Shown in pieces: positions 48,468 through 61,406 of a DNA stretch of 64,000 nt. Source of the stretch: Anthoceros angustus (taxonomy: Eukaryota > Plantae > Anthocerotophyta). The notes beneath the pieces are model-generated. The model saw nothing but the letters and a program-made list of their open reading frames with translations, ran no database searches and was not told the DNA's origin. The translations under genes were made by a program, and so were the position numbers. Each line of letters starts with the position of its first letter. The stretch's first letter is position 1. The stretch lies in contig VJWM01000117.1 in NCBI GenBank assembly GCA_010909165.1, positions 558,001 through 622,000 of the forward strand, read 5' to 3'.

Positions 48468-50487
48468 ATGGCGTCCCGTGCAGGCTGCACTCGGTTGCCT
48501 CTCCTCTTGCTGCTGCTGGTTCTGCTCACATTCAGTGCTCGCATCGCTGCTGCTTCTTCGGACTACGGTCGCTCGGAGCGTGAGGAGCGCGAGGAGCGCG
48601 AGGAGCGGCGGGAACGGGAGAAGGAACGGGAACGAGAGCGGGAACGGGAGCGACGAGAACCGGAGCATGAGCATGAACACGAGCACGAGCACGAGCACGA
48701 ACATGAAACAGAACCTGGGAGCAACGAGACATCCTCCAATCCCTTCATTCTGGACAGCCCCAAGGAGTTTGCCAGGACCCAGGCTGGCGTCCTCAGGGTG
48801 CTGCCCAGGCGGGCAGATGAAGAAGTGGCCACGCTGAAGGAGCTGGGTCTGGCGTTTCTGACCCTGGAGCCCAAAGGCTTGCTGCTGCCGCACTACCTGG
48901 ACGCTTCTGTGGTGTTGTACATCCAGAAAGGTGCATTCAGATGATCTCCGCCTTTGACAATCTCTACCTGCCTGTGGTCATCTGTGCCTGCTTATGACCA
49001 TCTCTGCTCTGTGACATCCATGGATGCAAGAGTGTGTCTGTTGTGTTTCTGTGGAGTGAGGTGGATGATGGTGTTTGTGGGAGCTCAGGGAGTGCGAGGG
49101 TTGGCTGGGTGGAGGACTACGAATACGTCCACAAAGACCTTGAGGCAGGAGATGTGTACACCCTAGAGGGAGGCACTGTCCATTACATCCTCAACACCGA
49201 CAAGGGCCTCAGGTTGCAGATCTTCTCTTTGATCGATGCCCGGCACAGCCTGACGCCTGGGCACTTCCAGGTAAAAAATTGCATGCTGCATTCTCCTCCC
49301 TCGCTTTCTGAAGGAAAGCGGTCGCTAGTAGTTGGTACCTGACTGCGTGGAGGAGCTAAGGATTGTGCATTTCTTGGGAATGGTGGTGCAGCCTTTCTTT
49401 GTGGCAGGAGGCTGGGATCCTGTGACCATCCTCTCTGGGTTCGATGCAGACGTGGTGGCAGCGGCATTGAAGGTAAGAGATGCTGCTCTTGTATGAACTG
49501 CATTGATGCCAAAGTTTAGGATCCTCACCCTGGTTGTTGCTGATCTCAGGTATCAAGGAGCGAGGTCGGGGATTTTCTGAATGCACAGAGCGCAGGTCCC
49601 ATAGTTTACACAACAGCCAGGGAAGCCAAGCGGGTAACCTCTGGAAAGAGGCCCAGCTTCTTCTCCCCTCAGCCTAACAGTCTGAAGTCCAGGAGCTGGT
49701 GGGACTGGTTCCAGCAGTCTGTGGGCCAGATTCCGCTGCTGGGTCGGACTCGGTCTGATGATGCCTTCAACCTGCTCAAGAAGAACCCTGACTTCAAGAA
49801 CAAGAACGGCTGGAGCACAACGGTGGATAGGTCTGAGTTTCCTCGTCTGAGGAAGCCCGATGTTGGGCTGTTTGCCGTCAGCTTGAAGGCGGTACGTAGT
49901 TGCTCTCCTCTGGATTTCTGACATGGATTGCAGCATGTAGGAATTGGAAACTGCTGAGGCCTGAGTGAGGAGGTGTATTGCTGCAGGGTTCGATGCTGGC
50001 GCCTCACTGGAATCCCAGGGCGACTGAGATAGCACTGGTGACCAGGGGCTATGGTTATGTGCACATAGCCTATCCCAACGGGACCAAAGCTCTTCACGAG
50101 AGGGTGGACGAAGGCACAGTCTTCGTGGTGCCTAGGTATCATCCGGTCTCGCAGGTGGCTTCCAGGGACGGCACTTTTGAGTTCGTGGGTTTCAGCACTT
50201 CTGCTCGCCGCAACAAGCCACAGTTCCTTGCAGGTGGGGCTCGCTGTCATTGCTGCTTGCAGTTTCAGGTGACGATGCTGCTGGCCTCTGACATCCAGCT
50301 TTTATGTACAGGTCGTAATTCGGTGTTGGCTATGCTGGAGAAGGAAAGCGACCATGATATTCTGCCTGTAGCATTCGATATAGACAGAGCCAGGTTAGAG
50401 GATTTCCTGGGAGCTCAGGACGACGATGTCATTTTGCCTGGATTTGTCGAGGAGGCAACTGTAAATCACAGGGTGTCTACTGAATAG
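48468..50487 (+). CDS. Vicilin-like (7S globulin) bicupin storage protein with (ER)n and (EH)n repeats; multi-exon
   Basis: Signal peptide; cupin 1 LTLEPKGLLLPHYLDA...GDVYTLEGGTVHYILN; ILSGFD..VVAAAL; cupin 2 SMLAPHWNPRATEIALVT.G.G...GTVFVVPRYHP; NKPQFLAG|RNSVL. Confidence 0.9.
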
Positions 50488-51124
50488 ATGAATACTGCTC
50501 ATCAGACGGCTACAGAATAGATGAATACGTGCAATATGCAAGTAGCTTCTGAGAAATTTTTGGACAGAACGAAAGTCTAATCCGGAAGGTTTTGTACTGT
50601 AAGCAAAGTGTACAAGCTTAAAGTTTTCAGTGAAAAGCGTCATATTTTTTGGTGTTAATTCCCTTCCAAACAGTTTGGTGTTAATTCCCTTCCAATACCT
50701 GGCATTCACAGAGCAGGTTAGATCATCACACTTGTTTAGGATTCACAGAGCATGGGAGTTCAGCACAATCCAAAGGTTTAGGGGCCAGTCTATTTGCTGC
50801 CATAGTATCTATCATGGTTCCCCAGAATGTGTGCACAAATGTCATACATTATTGTTTCATATCTAGATAAATAAAACTTATAAACCACTTTTATCAGATC
50901 CTGAGACTCTGAAGATTGAATACACTCGGCGGACACCTAATGGAGGTTAGCACATGAAGCTTCTCCTCCCATGGTTAGACCATGGATTTGGATCTCCTCC
51001 TCCCATGGTCCCGCAGGAGGAGGAGACCCAATCCCGTACCAGCAGGCTTCCCGGAAATTAGCCAGGGAACATCCAAGAGATACCAGAGGGAGAAACATCG
51101 CAGATCAGTCACCCCCTGCCGAAA

Positions 51125-54100
51125 ATGAAAAAATTTCAGGGAAGGGGGCGGCGGGAGTGGCCTTTATGGTGCAGGTTGGTAGGGTATGGAGAAGGGAGCC
51201 AACAATGTGAGGAGGGACTGCCTAGTGAAGCTGTCGAAGCGTTGAATCTGCTGTCTCGTCAGGGATCGTATATTCCAGCATCTCTCTTCCGAGAGGTCCT
51301 AAAGGGGTGTACCACAAAGAAGGAGTTGGATGTTGGAAGAAAGATCCATAGTCTTGTCGTATCAAGTGGGTATGAGTTAAACAGATTTTTAGCGAACCAC
51401 ACCATCTGCATGTATGCTTCTCATGGTAGGCTGACTGACGCGTTGGAGGTATTCGCCAAACTGGTTTCTCCAGATGCATACATGTGGTCATCCTTGATTT
51501 TAGCCCATGCCGAACACGGAGAACCTATGCAGGCAATAAAACTGTACTGGCAGATGCGTCAGTCAAGAATTACACCAGACGCTCATATATTTGTAGCTGT
51601 CCTTAAAGCATGTGCAAACGCAGCAGATTTGGCATCAGGCAGGGAGGTCCATGTTGATTTTCTGCGGACTGAACTTGATCCAAATGTGTTTGTTGGCAGC
51701 TGCCTGGTTGACATGTATGCAAAATGCGGGAGCCTAGATGATGCACGCAGAGTTTTTGACGACTTGGCCACAAAGAATGTGGTGACGTGGACTGCAATGC
51801 TTGCAGGATATGCTCAGCATGGGCTTGGGGAAGAAGCTCTTGCTCTTTATGCAAGTATGCAACAGGAAGGCATCACACCAGCTGACCAGGTTACGTTTGT
51901 TTGCCTCCTGAAAGCATGTGCTAGCATCAGAGCGTTAGACCTTGGCAAGCAGCTTCATTCCCAAGTTCAGGATAAAGGACTGGACGGTGATGTAGTTGTT
52001 GGTAGCTGCCTGGTGGACATGTATGCAAAATGTGGGAGCATAGCGGATGCCCGCAGGGTGTTTGATAATTTGCCCTCAAGAAATGTGGTGGCATGTACTG
52101 CTATGCTAGCAGGATATGCTCAGCTTGGGCTTGGCAAGGAAGCCCTTTCGCTTTATGCAGTTATGGAGCAGGAAAGGATGTTTCCAGCTGATTACGTTAC
52201 ATTCTTGTGCCTGCTGAAAGCATGTGCCAGCGCTGGTGCTCTACACCAGGGGAAGCAGCTCCATTCTGAGATTCAGGCAAGAGGACTGGAATCCAACGTG
52301 CTTGTCAGTAACTGTCTGGTGGACATGTATGCAAAATGCGGCAGCTTGGACGACGCCCGCAGGGTTTTTGACAATATGCTGACTAAAGATGGGGTGACAT
52401 GGACCTCGATGCTTTGTGGGTATGCTCAGCATGGTCTTGGTCAGGAAGTGCTGTCTCTTTATGCAGTCATGCAAAAAGAGGGCATCAATCCGACCGATCA
52501 TGTTGCATTTGTTTGCCTCCTGAAGGCTTGTGCAAGCGTTGGTGCATTGCATCAGGGTAAGCAGCTTCACTGTCAGATACAGAAAAGGGGGAGCTGACCT
52601 TGTTGTCAACAACTGCCTGGTGGCCATGTATGCAAAGTGTGGGAGTCTAGACGATGCCCGCAAGGTGTTTGATAGTATGAGCACAAGAGATGTGGTGACA
52701 TGGTCAGCCATGGTCACTGGATATTCTCAGTATGGGCTGGGGCAAGAGGCCCTGCAATGTTATGAGGCCATGCGACTGGCAGGAATTCATCCAGATGCGG
52801 TTACATTTGTGTCCCTTCTCACAGCTTGCAGTCATGCTGGCCTGGTCGAGAAAGGTCTGGAGTACTTCGAATCCATGAGCAAAGACTTTGGCGTGACTCC
52901 GGAAATTGAGCATTATGTGAGCATGGTAGACCTTTTCGGCCGCGCAGGAAACTTTTCAAAGGTAGAGCAGCTCTTGTCAGTGATGCCAATGCAGCCTGAC
53001 CTGGCCACATGGCTTTGCGTCCTAGGTGCCTGTCGGAAGCAGCTCCATTCTCAGATTCAGGCAAGAGGACTGGAATCCAACGTGTCAGTAACTGTCTGGT
53101 GGCATGTATGCAAAATGCGGCAGCTTGGACGACGCCCGCAGGGTTTTGACAATATGCTGACTAAGATGGGGTGACATGGACCTCGATGCTTTGTGGGTAT
53201 GCTCAGCATGGTCTTGGTCAGGAAGTGCTGTCTCTTTATGCAGTCATGCAAAAAGAGGGCATCAATCCGACCGATCATGTTGCATTTGTTTGCCTCCTGA
53301 AGGCTTGTGCAAGCGTTGGTGCATTGCATCAGGGTAAGCAGCTTCACTGTCAGATACAGAAAAGGGGGCTTGGAGCTGACCTTGTTGTCAACAACTGCCT
53401 GGTGGCCATGTATGCAAAGTGTGGGAGTCTAGACGATGCCCGCAAGGTGTTTGATAGTATGAGCACAAGAGATGTGGTGACATGGTCAGCCATGGTCACT
53501 GGATATTCTCAGTATGGGCTGGGGCAAGAGGCCCTGCAATGTTATGAGGCCATGCGACTGGCAGGAATTCATCCAGATGCGTTTGTGTCCCTTCTCACAG
53601 CTTGCAGTCATGCTGGCCTGGTCGAGAAAGGTCTGGAGTACTTCGAATCCATGAGCAAAGACTTTGGCGTGACTCCGGAAATTGAGCATTATGTGAGCAT
53701 GGTAGACCTTTTCGGCCGCGCAGGAAACTTTTCAAAGGTAGAGCAGCTCTTGTCAGTGATGCCAATGCAGCCTGACCTGGCCACATGGCTTTGCGTCCTA
53801 GGTGCCTGTCGGAAGCATGGCAACATAGCCCTGGCAGAACGTGTTTTTGATTGTGCCTTACGTCTGCAGCCCAAGGATGCTGCAGCATATGTTTTGATGT
53901 CACACATCTATGCCGATGCTGGCCTCTTTGACCGAGCAAGGGCACTATTCAAGTGCAGAAGGAGGGAAGGTGTCTGCAAGGAACCTGGCTGGAGCTGGAT
54001 TGAGGTCGAGCAGGAAGCGCACACATTCTTCGTAGGAGACCGTAAGCACCCTGAACATGAGGAAGTACATGGCATTTTAGATAAGGTAACCTTATTGCTG

Positions 54101-54145
54101 AGGCAAACTGGGAATACATCATGGTCTCATAATATGCCCGCTTAG
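51125..54145 (+). CDS. PLS-class PPR-E+ gene (no DYW), broken in this assembly by an internal ~785-bp duplication and small deletions
   Basis: ORF pieces 51125-52597, 52530-53174 and 53171-54145 hold PLS triplets. The gene ends KEPGWSWIE...VGDRKHPE. Confidence 0.8.
52255..53817 (+). repeat. Tandem duplication of ~785 bp inside the PPR gene (52255-53039 / 53040-53817)
   Basis: The copies are nearly identical and differ mainly by small deletions. The junction has GGAAGCA microhomology (GGGAAGCAGCTCC vs CGGAAGCATGG). Confidence 0.85.
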
Positions 54146-54249
54146 TCTCTAGCACCTGTAATCCGCTCGGGATGATATTTTGCATTCAGAAGACCTCACC
54201 TCGAACACAAATTGCGCGCACATCACCACCATCAAGCTTTACCTCTAAG

Positions 54250-54690
54250 TTCCCCGGATGCACCTGAAGAATTGCATCTCGGCAGGCAGCTACATACTGA
54301 GATTGACGGACAAGGGCTTGATGCCGACATTTGTGTAACCGGCAGCTTGATACACAGGTACTCCCAGCAGGTCATGAGCTAGGAGGCCCTACATCTTCAG
54401 ACTGCTCTGCAACACGAAGCCTTGTCTGTACCCGACTCTCTGACGTTTGTCTGCCTCCTGCAGGCCTGTGCGAGTGTGAGTTCCCTGGCCTCCGATAAGG
54501 GGATGCACCACCTCACACGGACTAGAGAAAGAGGACTCCAGACGGATGTGTTTACTACAAACAGTTTGGTGAATATGTATGCAAAGTGTGCAGGCTGCTT
54601 GGAGTACGCTGAAAGAGTGTTTGATCCGCTTCCTCAAAAGAGATGCAGTGACAGGGAATTCAATGATAACAGGGTACAGTACACCTCTTG
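54250..54690 (+). pseudogene. PPR gene fragment
   Basis: LHLGRQLH.EI...GLDAD, PDSLTFVCLLQACAS and VFTTNSLVNMYAKC, with stops and frameshifts and no intact triplets. Confidence 0.7.
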
Positions 54691-54800
54691 ACCATAACAG
54701 AGACAATCAGGATCGAATGAATGTCTCTCGTTCTGGAATAAAAGAAGCGAGGTATCAGTTTCTCTGTCCAAAACGTCGAAACCTTCACGATTTATTCTCT

Positions 54801-54835
54801 GGGTACCTACCCAATAAAAAATCGTCTCCACTATG
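54801..54835 (+). promoter_or_regulatory. Upstream block conserved in all three GRP-PPR copies (also ~58112 and ~61266); candidate core promoter
   Basis: GGTACC...(A/T)A(T/A)AAA...(TCT/ATG)C(C)ACTA lies 120-140 bp before each ATG; copy C has TATAAAT. Function is inferred. Confidence 0.3.
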
Positions 54836-54921
54836 CTTCAGGTTGGTGATGTCATACAAAGGACCTGGGCATCCCGCCACAGTTTCTTGTGGGCTCATGT
54901 TCCGACTGCGGTACCTGAACG

Positions 54922-57844
54922 ATGGCCGTAGTATGGCAATCGGACCCGTTGAGGACCCAACAAATTGGTGTGTGTACAGGAACTCTACTAGGAGCTCCCG
55001 CGCACCTCACTTTACGGAGTCAACCTCTGGCAAACGATGTCTCCAGGAGCAGCAGTGTAAGGAGCCCAGCACTTCCGCTTCTGACAGAAATTGTGGGTAG
55101 GGACGGGTTTTCCAGCAATGATCGTCGCCAGGAGCAGGAGCACTTGTGGCAACAATTTTTTCTGGAGCCTACCATGTGGTGGGACAACAGACGAGATAAG
55201 ATGAGCCCCCGCTCCCCTGACTTCCGGCGTAAGGGGTCCGGCGAGGTCCTGTGGTTAAACAGCATGTTTAAGCCAGCTTGGGTTGATGAACAGCTGGTGT
55301 CCTTGGATGTACAGATGGGTCATGGTGCCTCTCCTTCCGGTCAGCTCTCCGGATAAGCCTGAACCTGGCAGGTGCAGCAGTGTAAGGGCCCAGCACTTCC
55401 ACTTCGAGAAATTGTGGTGGGGACGGGTTTTCCAGCGATGGTCGTCGCCAGGAGCAGGAGCACTTGTGGCAACAATTTTTCTGGACCCTACCATGTGGTG
55501 GGACAACAGACGAGATAAGAAGAGCTCCCGTTCGCCTGACTTCCGGCGTAAGGGGTCCGGCGAGGTCCTGTGGTTAAACAGCATGTTTAAGCCAGCTTGG
55601 GTTGATGAACAGCTGGTGTCCTTGGATGTACAGATGGGTTTTTGGTCCTCTCCTTCCGGGTCGAGCTCTCCGGATAACCATGAACCTGGGGGACGGGCAG
55701 GATCGGGAATGGGCGTCATAACTGCTGGAACCGTGAGCATGTTATGTCAGCAGGGGAAGCTTTCGGAGGCCGTTGGAGTCTTAGAATCTCTGGCGCAGAC
55801 AGACTCTGCCATTTCTCAGTCTCTGTTTTACACTGTGCTGAAGCTGTGTACAGCTAAGAAGGATTTGGTCGCGGGGCGACGAGTTCATGATCTCACTGTC
55901 AAACTTGGGTACAATTCGAATGCATACTTGGGGAACCATATCTTGCGCATGTATGCATCTGGAGGTAGGCTGCAGGAGGCCACGGATGTGCTCACCAGGG
56001 TAGGCAAACCAAATGCCTTCATGTGGTTTTCCTTAATTTCTGCACATGCTAAGAATGGGAAACCTACTGAGGCCATACAACTGTACCATGAAATGCGCAG
56101 GTCAGGAGTGAAGGCAGATGCTCACGTCTTTGTAGCTGCCCTTCAAGCTTGTGCTTTGGCCGCCGACTTGGAATCTGGCAGAAAAGTGCACTGTGATGTA
56201 TTGCACAGTGGTATTCCTCTTAACCTGTTTGTTGGCTCCTCCCTGGTGGACATGTATGCAAAATGTGGTGAATTGGAAGATGCACGCCAGGTATTTGACA
56301 GCATGGAGACAAAGAATGTGGTGATATGGAATGCCGTGATAGCTGGGTATGCCCAGCAAGGGCTCGGACATGAGGCGCTTGTTCTATATGGCCAAATGGA
56401 GCAGGAGGGCCTCATTTTGCCTGACCGTGTTACCTTTGCTTGCCTTCTGAAAGCCTGTGCAAGCACTGGTGCCTTACAAAAGGGCAGGCAGCTGCACTCA
56501 CAGATTGTCGAAAGAGGATTGCTACATGATATCCTGGTGGGCACCTGTCTGGTGGACATGTATGGAAAATGCGGTGAAATGAATGATGCACGCAAGGTTT
56601 TTGAAAGCTTGGCCACAAAAGATGTGGTGACATGGAATGCCCTGATAGCTGGACATGTACAGCAAGGACTCGGCCAGGAAGCGCTCGTTCTGTATGGGGA
56701 AATGGAGCAAGAGGGCGGGCTTGTGGCTAACGATGTTACTTTAACTTCCCTTCTAAAGGCCTGTGGGAGCACTGGTGCCTTACAGAAGGGCAGGCAGCTG
56801 CACTCACGGATTGTCGAAAGAGGACTGCTGAACAATGTAGTGTTGGGCAACTGCCTGGTGGACATGTATGCAAAATGTGGTAAACTGGAAGCTGCACGCC
56901 AGGTTTTTGACAGCTTGGCCTCAAAGGATGTGGTGACATGGACCGCCCTGATATCTGGGTATGGTGCGTGTGATGAAGGTCACAAGGCACTAGCTTGTTT
57001 TGAGGAGATGTTAGTTGCCGGTGTTCAGCCTAATGATGCAACTTTTACTTGCCTTTTTGTAGCATGCAGTCATGAGGGACTGGTCCAAGAGGGTCGCAAA
57101 CACTTTGATTCCATGGCTAAACAGCATGGCATCAGACCTACTACTGAGCATTACAATTGCATGATTGATCTTCTTGGGCGTGCAGGGCATTTAGATGAAG
57201 CTGAGAAGATGCTATTGACCTGCGAGGGCCAAAGTAATGTTGTGGGCTTGAGGTCGTTGTTGAATTCCTGCAAAAGTCACGGGGATCTAGGGAGGGCGAT
57301 GTGGTGTTTCGAAAGGATTGTCAAGCTGGACCCCCAGGAGGCGCCCGCATATGTACTCATGGCCAATGCCTATGCAGATGCAGGTAGATGGACCGATGTA
57401 GCCAGGATTGAAACACAGAGAAGGGCAGCAGGAGCTAACAAGAAACCTGCAGTGGCGACCATTGAGGTGAAGGAGCAGGTACATACATTTCTGGTGGGAG
57501 AAAGAAGAGAGGATATTGCGCTTAAGATAGAGAGCACGAATGCGCGTATGAAGGAGGAAGGAGGACATATACCTCACACAAAGTTGGTGTTGAAGCCATT
57601 GCGGGAGAAGGAAAAGGAAGATGTGCTTTGTGGGCATGCTGAGAAGCTAGCTCTGGCGTTTGGTCTCTTGCACACTCCGAGTGGGACACCTCTGGTGGTA
57701 ACGAAGAATCTACGCATGTGTAGTGACTGCCACAGTTCCACGGAGATCATGTCAAGGATTGAACAGAGAGACATTGTTGTAAGGGATGGGTACCGTGTGC
57801 ATAGATTCGCAAACGGTTGTTGCAGTTGTAAGGGTCGACCCTGA
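54922..57844 (+). CDS. Copy A: PDF-PDF-PPR(PLS)-E-DYW:KP (GRP-type) candidate U-to-C RNA editing factor
   Basis: ORF 54922-55356 (PDF1) and ORF 55283-57844 (PDF2 plus PPRs in frame). KKPAVATIEV replaces the PG box; GHAEKLA, KNLRMCSDCH, terminal CSCKGRP. A small indel separates the two ORFs. Confidence 0.85.
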
Positions 57845-58235
57845 GAATAATGAAGAACCAGCCAGTGCTGAAGGGTGTACGCCAGAAATTTTTGCTTTTC
57901 TTCTTGGAGGTGCATGCGCTTGCTTCGGGGTGAAGGCGCTTGCTAAACTCCACAACATGATGAATCTCATCCAGACGTAACACATAATGTTTCGCTGAGT
58001 CTTTGTCATAATCTGACAACTGGTAGACATAGATCATGGATCTCCTGTCTCTCTGAAGAGAGCCGATAACAGAACAAATATCAGTTTCTGTACAGATTCT
58101 CTGTCTTTTCTGGGTACCCACTAAAAAACCATATGCACTATCCTACAAGGTGGTGTGTGCTCAGAGCATCCTGCCATCACGGGCCGCCCAGCCCATCTGC
58201 ACTGTGACCTAGTTCACGATTGCGGTCCCTGAACG

Positions 58236-61071
58236 ATGGCCACAGTATGGCAAGGACCCGTTGTGGACCCAACAAATTGGTGTGTACAGGGATTCAGAGA
58301 GCTCCGCTCACCTCAGGGAGTCAACCCACCAACCAAGCCAGGTGCAGCAGTGGAAGAGCCCAGCCACTTCCGAGAAAATATGTGGTGGGGACGGATTTTC
58401 CAGCGATGGTCGTCGCCAGGAGCAGGAGCACTTGTGGCAACAATTTTTCTGGACCCTACCATGTGGTGGGACAACAGACGAGATAAGAAGAGCTCCCGTT
58501 CGCCTGACTTCCGGCGTAAGGGTCCGGCGAGGTCCTGTGGTTAAACAGCATGTTTAAGCCAGCTTGGGTTGATGAGCAGCTCGTTTCCTTGGATATGCAG
58601 ATGGGTCATGGTGCCTCCTTCCAAGTCGAGCTCTCCGGATAAGCCTGAACCTGGGGCGCAGGATCGGAATGGGCGTCGTAACGGCTGGAACCGTGAGCAT
58701 GTTATGTCAGCAGGGAAGCTTTCTGAGGCCGTTGGAGCCTTGGAATCTCTGGCGCAGGTAGATTCTGCTATATCTCAGTCTCTATTTTGCACTGTGCTAA
58801 AACTGTGTACAGCTAAGGGGGATTTGGTTGTGGGGCGCCGAGTTCATGATCTCTGTGTCAAACTTGGATACGAGTCGAATGCTTACTTGGGGAACCATAT
58901 CTTGCGAATGTATGCATCTGGATGTAGGCTACAGGAGGCCATGGATGTGTTCACCAGAGTAGGCAAACCAGATGTTTTCATGTGGTCTTCCATCATCTCT
59001 GCATATGCTAAGCATGGGAAACCTAAGGAGGCCATGCAACTGTACCATGAGATGCGTAGGTCAGGTGAAGGCGGATGCTCACGTCTATAGCTGCCTTCAA
59101 GCTTGTGCATTTGGCCGACTTGGAATCTGGCAGAAAAGTGCACTGTGATGTGTTGCACAGTGGCATTCCTGACTTGTTTGTTGGCAACTGCCTGGTGGAC
59201 ATGTATGCAAAATGTGGTGAACTGAAGATGCACGCCAGGTTTTGACAGCTTGGCCACAAGGATGTGTGACATGGAAACCCTGATTGCTGGGTATGCACAG
59301 CAAGGACTCGCCAAGAGGCGCTTGTTGTGTATGGACAAATGGAGCAGGAGGGCCTGATTTTGGCTAATCAACATTTGCTTGCCTTCTGAAGGCCTGTGCA
59401 AGCTGGTGCCTTACAGAAGGGCAGGCAGCTGCACTCACAGATTGTCGAAAGAGGACTGCTGGATGAGTGCTGGCACTGCCTGGTGGACATGTATGCAAAA
59501 TGTGGTGAACTGGAAGATGCACGCCAGGTTTTTGACAGCATGGCCACAAGGATGTGGTGACATGGAATGCCCTGATTGCTGGGTATGCACAGCAAGGGCT
59601 CACATGAGGCGCTTGTCTGTATGGACAAATGGAGCAGGAGGGCCTGATTTTGGCTGACCATGTTACTTTTGCTTGCCTTCTGAAGGCCTGTGCAAGCACT
59701 GGTGCCTTACAGAAGGGCAGGCAGCTGCACTCACAGATTGTCGAAAGAGGACTGCTGATATAGTGTGGCAACTGCCTGGTGGACATGTATGCAAAATGTG
59801 GTGAACTGGAAGATGCACGCCAGGTTTTTGACAGCATGGCCACAAAGGATGTGGTGACATGGAATGCCCTGATTGCTGGGTATGCACAGCAAGGACTCGG
59901 CCAAGAGGCGCTTGTTCTGTATGGACAAATGGAGCAAGAGGGCCTCCTTTTGGCTGACCATGTTACTTTTGCTTGCCTTCTGAAGGCCTGTGCAAGCACT
60001 GGTGCCTTACAGAAGGGCAGGCAGCTGCACTCACAGATTGTGGAAAGAGGACTGCTGGATAACGTTGTGTTGGGCAACTGCCTGGTGGACATGTATGCAA
60101 AATGTGGTGAACTGGAAGATGCACGCCAGGTTTTTGACAGCATGGCCACAAAGGATGTGGTTACCTGGAATGCCCTGATATCTGGGTATGGTGCTTGTGA
60201 TGATGGTCACAAGGCACTAGCTTGTTTTGAGGAGATGTTAGTTGCCGGTGTTCAGCCTAATGATGCTACTTTTACTTGCCTTTTAGTAGCATGCAGTCAT
60301 GAGGGACTGGTCCACGAGGGTCGCAAGCACTTTGATTCCATGGCTGAACAACATGGCATCAAACCTACTCTTGAGCATTACAATTGCATGATTGATCTTC
60401 TTGGGCGTGCAGGCCACGTAGATGAGGCAGAGAAGATGCTATTGTCATGTGAGGGCTCAAGTAATGTTGTGGGCTTGACATCTTTGTTGAATGCCTGCAA
60501 AAGTCACGGGGATGTAGAGAGGGCGATGTGGTGTTTTGAAAGCATTGTAAGGCTAGACCCTCAAAGGGCGTCTGCGTATGTGCTCATGGCCAATGCCTAC
60601 GCAGATGCAGGCAGGTGGGCTGATGTAGACAGGATTGAAACACAGAGAATGGTAGCAGGAGCTAACAAGAAACCTGCAGTGGCGACCATTGAGGTGAAGA
60701 AGCAGGTACATAGTTTTTCGGTGGGAGAAAGAAGAGATGATCTTGCGCTCAAGATGGAGAGCACGAATGCCCGTCTGAAGGAGGAAGGAGGCCATGTACC
60801 CCATACAAAGTTGGTGTTGAAGCCATTGTGTGAGAAAGAAAAGGAAGATGCGCTTTGTGGGCATGCTGAGAAGCTGGCTCTGGCGTTTGGTCTCTTGAAC
60901 ACTCCAAGTGGGACACCACTGGTGGTAACGAAGAATCTACGCATGTGCAGTGACTGCCACAGTTCCACGGAGATCATGTCAAGGATTGAACAGAGAGACA
61001 TTGTTGTAAGGGATGGGTACCGTGTGCATCGATTCGCAAATGGTTGTTGCAGTTGTAAGGGTAGACCGTGA
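58236..61071 (+). CDS. Copy B: PDF-PPR-E-DYW:KP (GRP), one extra PLS triplet; 5' half has many small deletions (pseudogene or assembly error)
   Basis: PDF WWDNRRDKKSSRSPDFRRK at ~58465-58520. Intact 430-aa 3' ORF 59779-61071 with HAEKLA/CSDC/GRP. The GGGCAGGCAGCTGCAC triplet marker occurs three times (~59418, 59716, 60015) versus twice in A and C. Confidence 0.75.
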
Positions 61072-61406
61072 GAACAATGAACGACTAGCCAGTGCTCAAG
61101 TGTGTACTCCAGAGAAAACAAGCAAAACTGAGAGTCTGACGTCTGTGGAACCTAGGTAATGAAATCCAATGAATCTATCTCTGGAATGAAGAAATTCTAG
61201 AGTGATTTAAATCTAAGTGCGGTTCATCAGTCGGTGACCAAAACTTTGTAATCTGTTTCTTGGTCGGTACCCAGTATAAATCTGTCTCCACTAACCTTCA
61301 GCATGGTGTGGTCGTACACTCTCATATACAGTCCCTTCGCTTTATGTGCTGCCTTTCAGTATGTAGTCTGTTGTTGGACTCATCTTCCGACAGCGGTCCC
61401 TGAACG

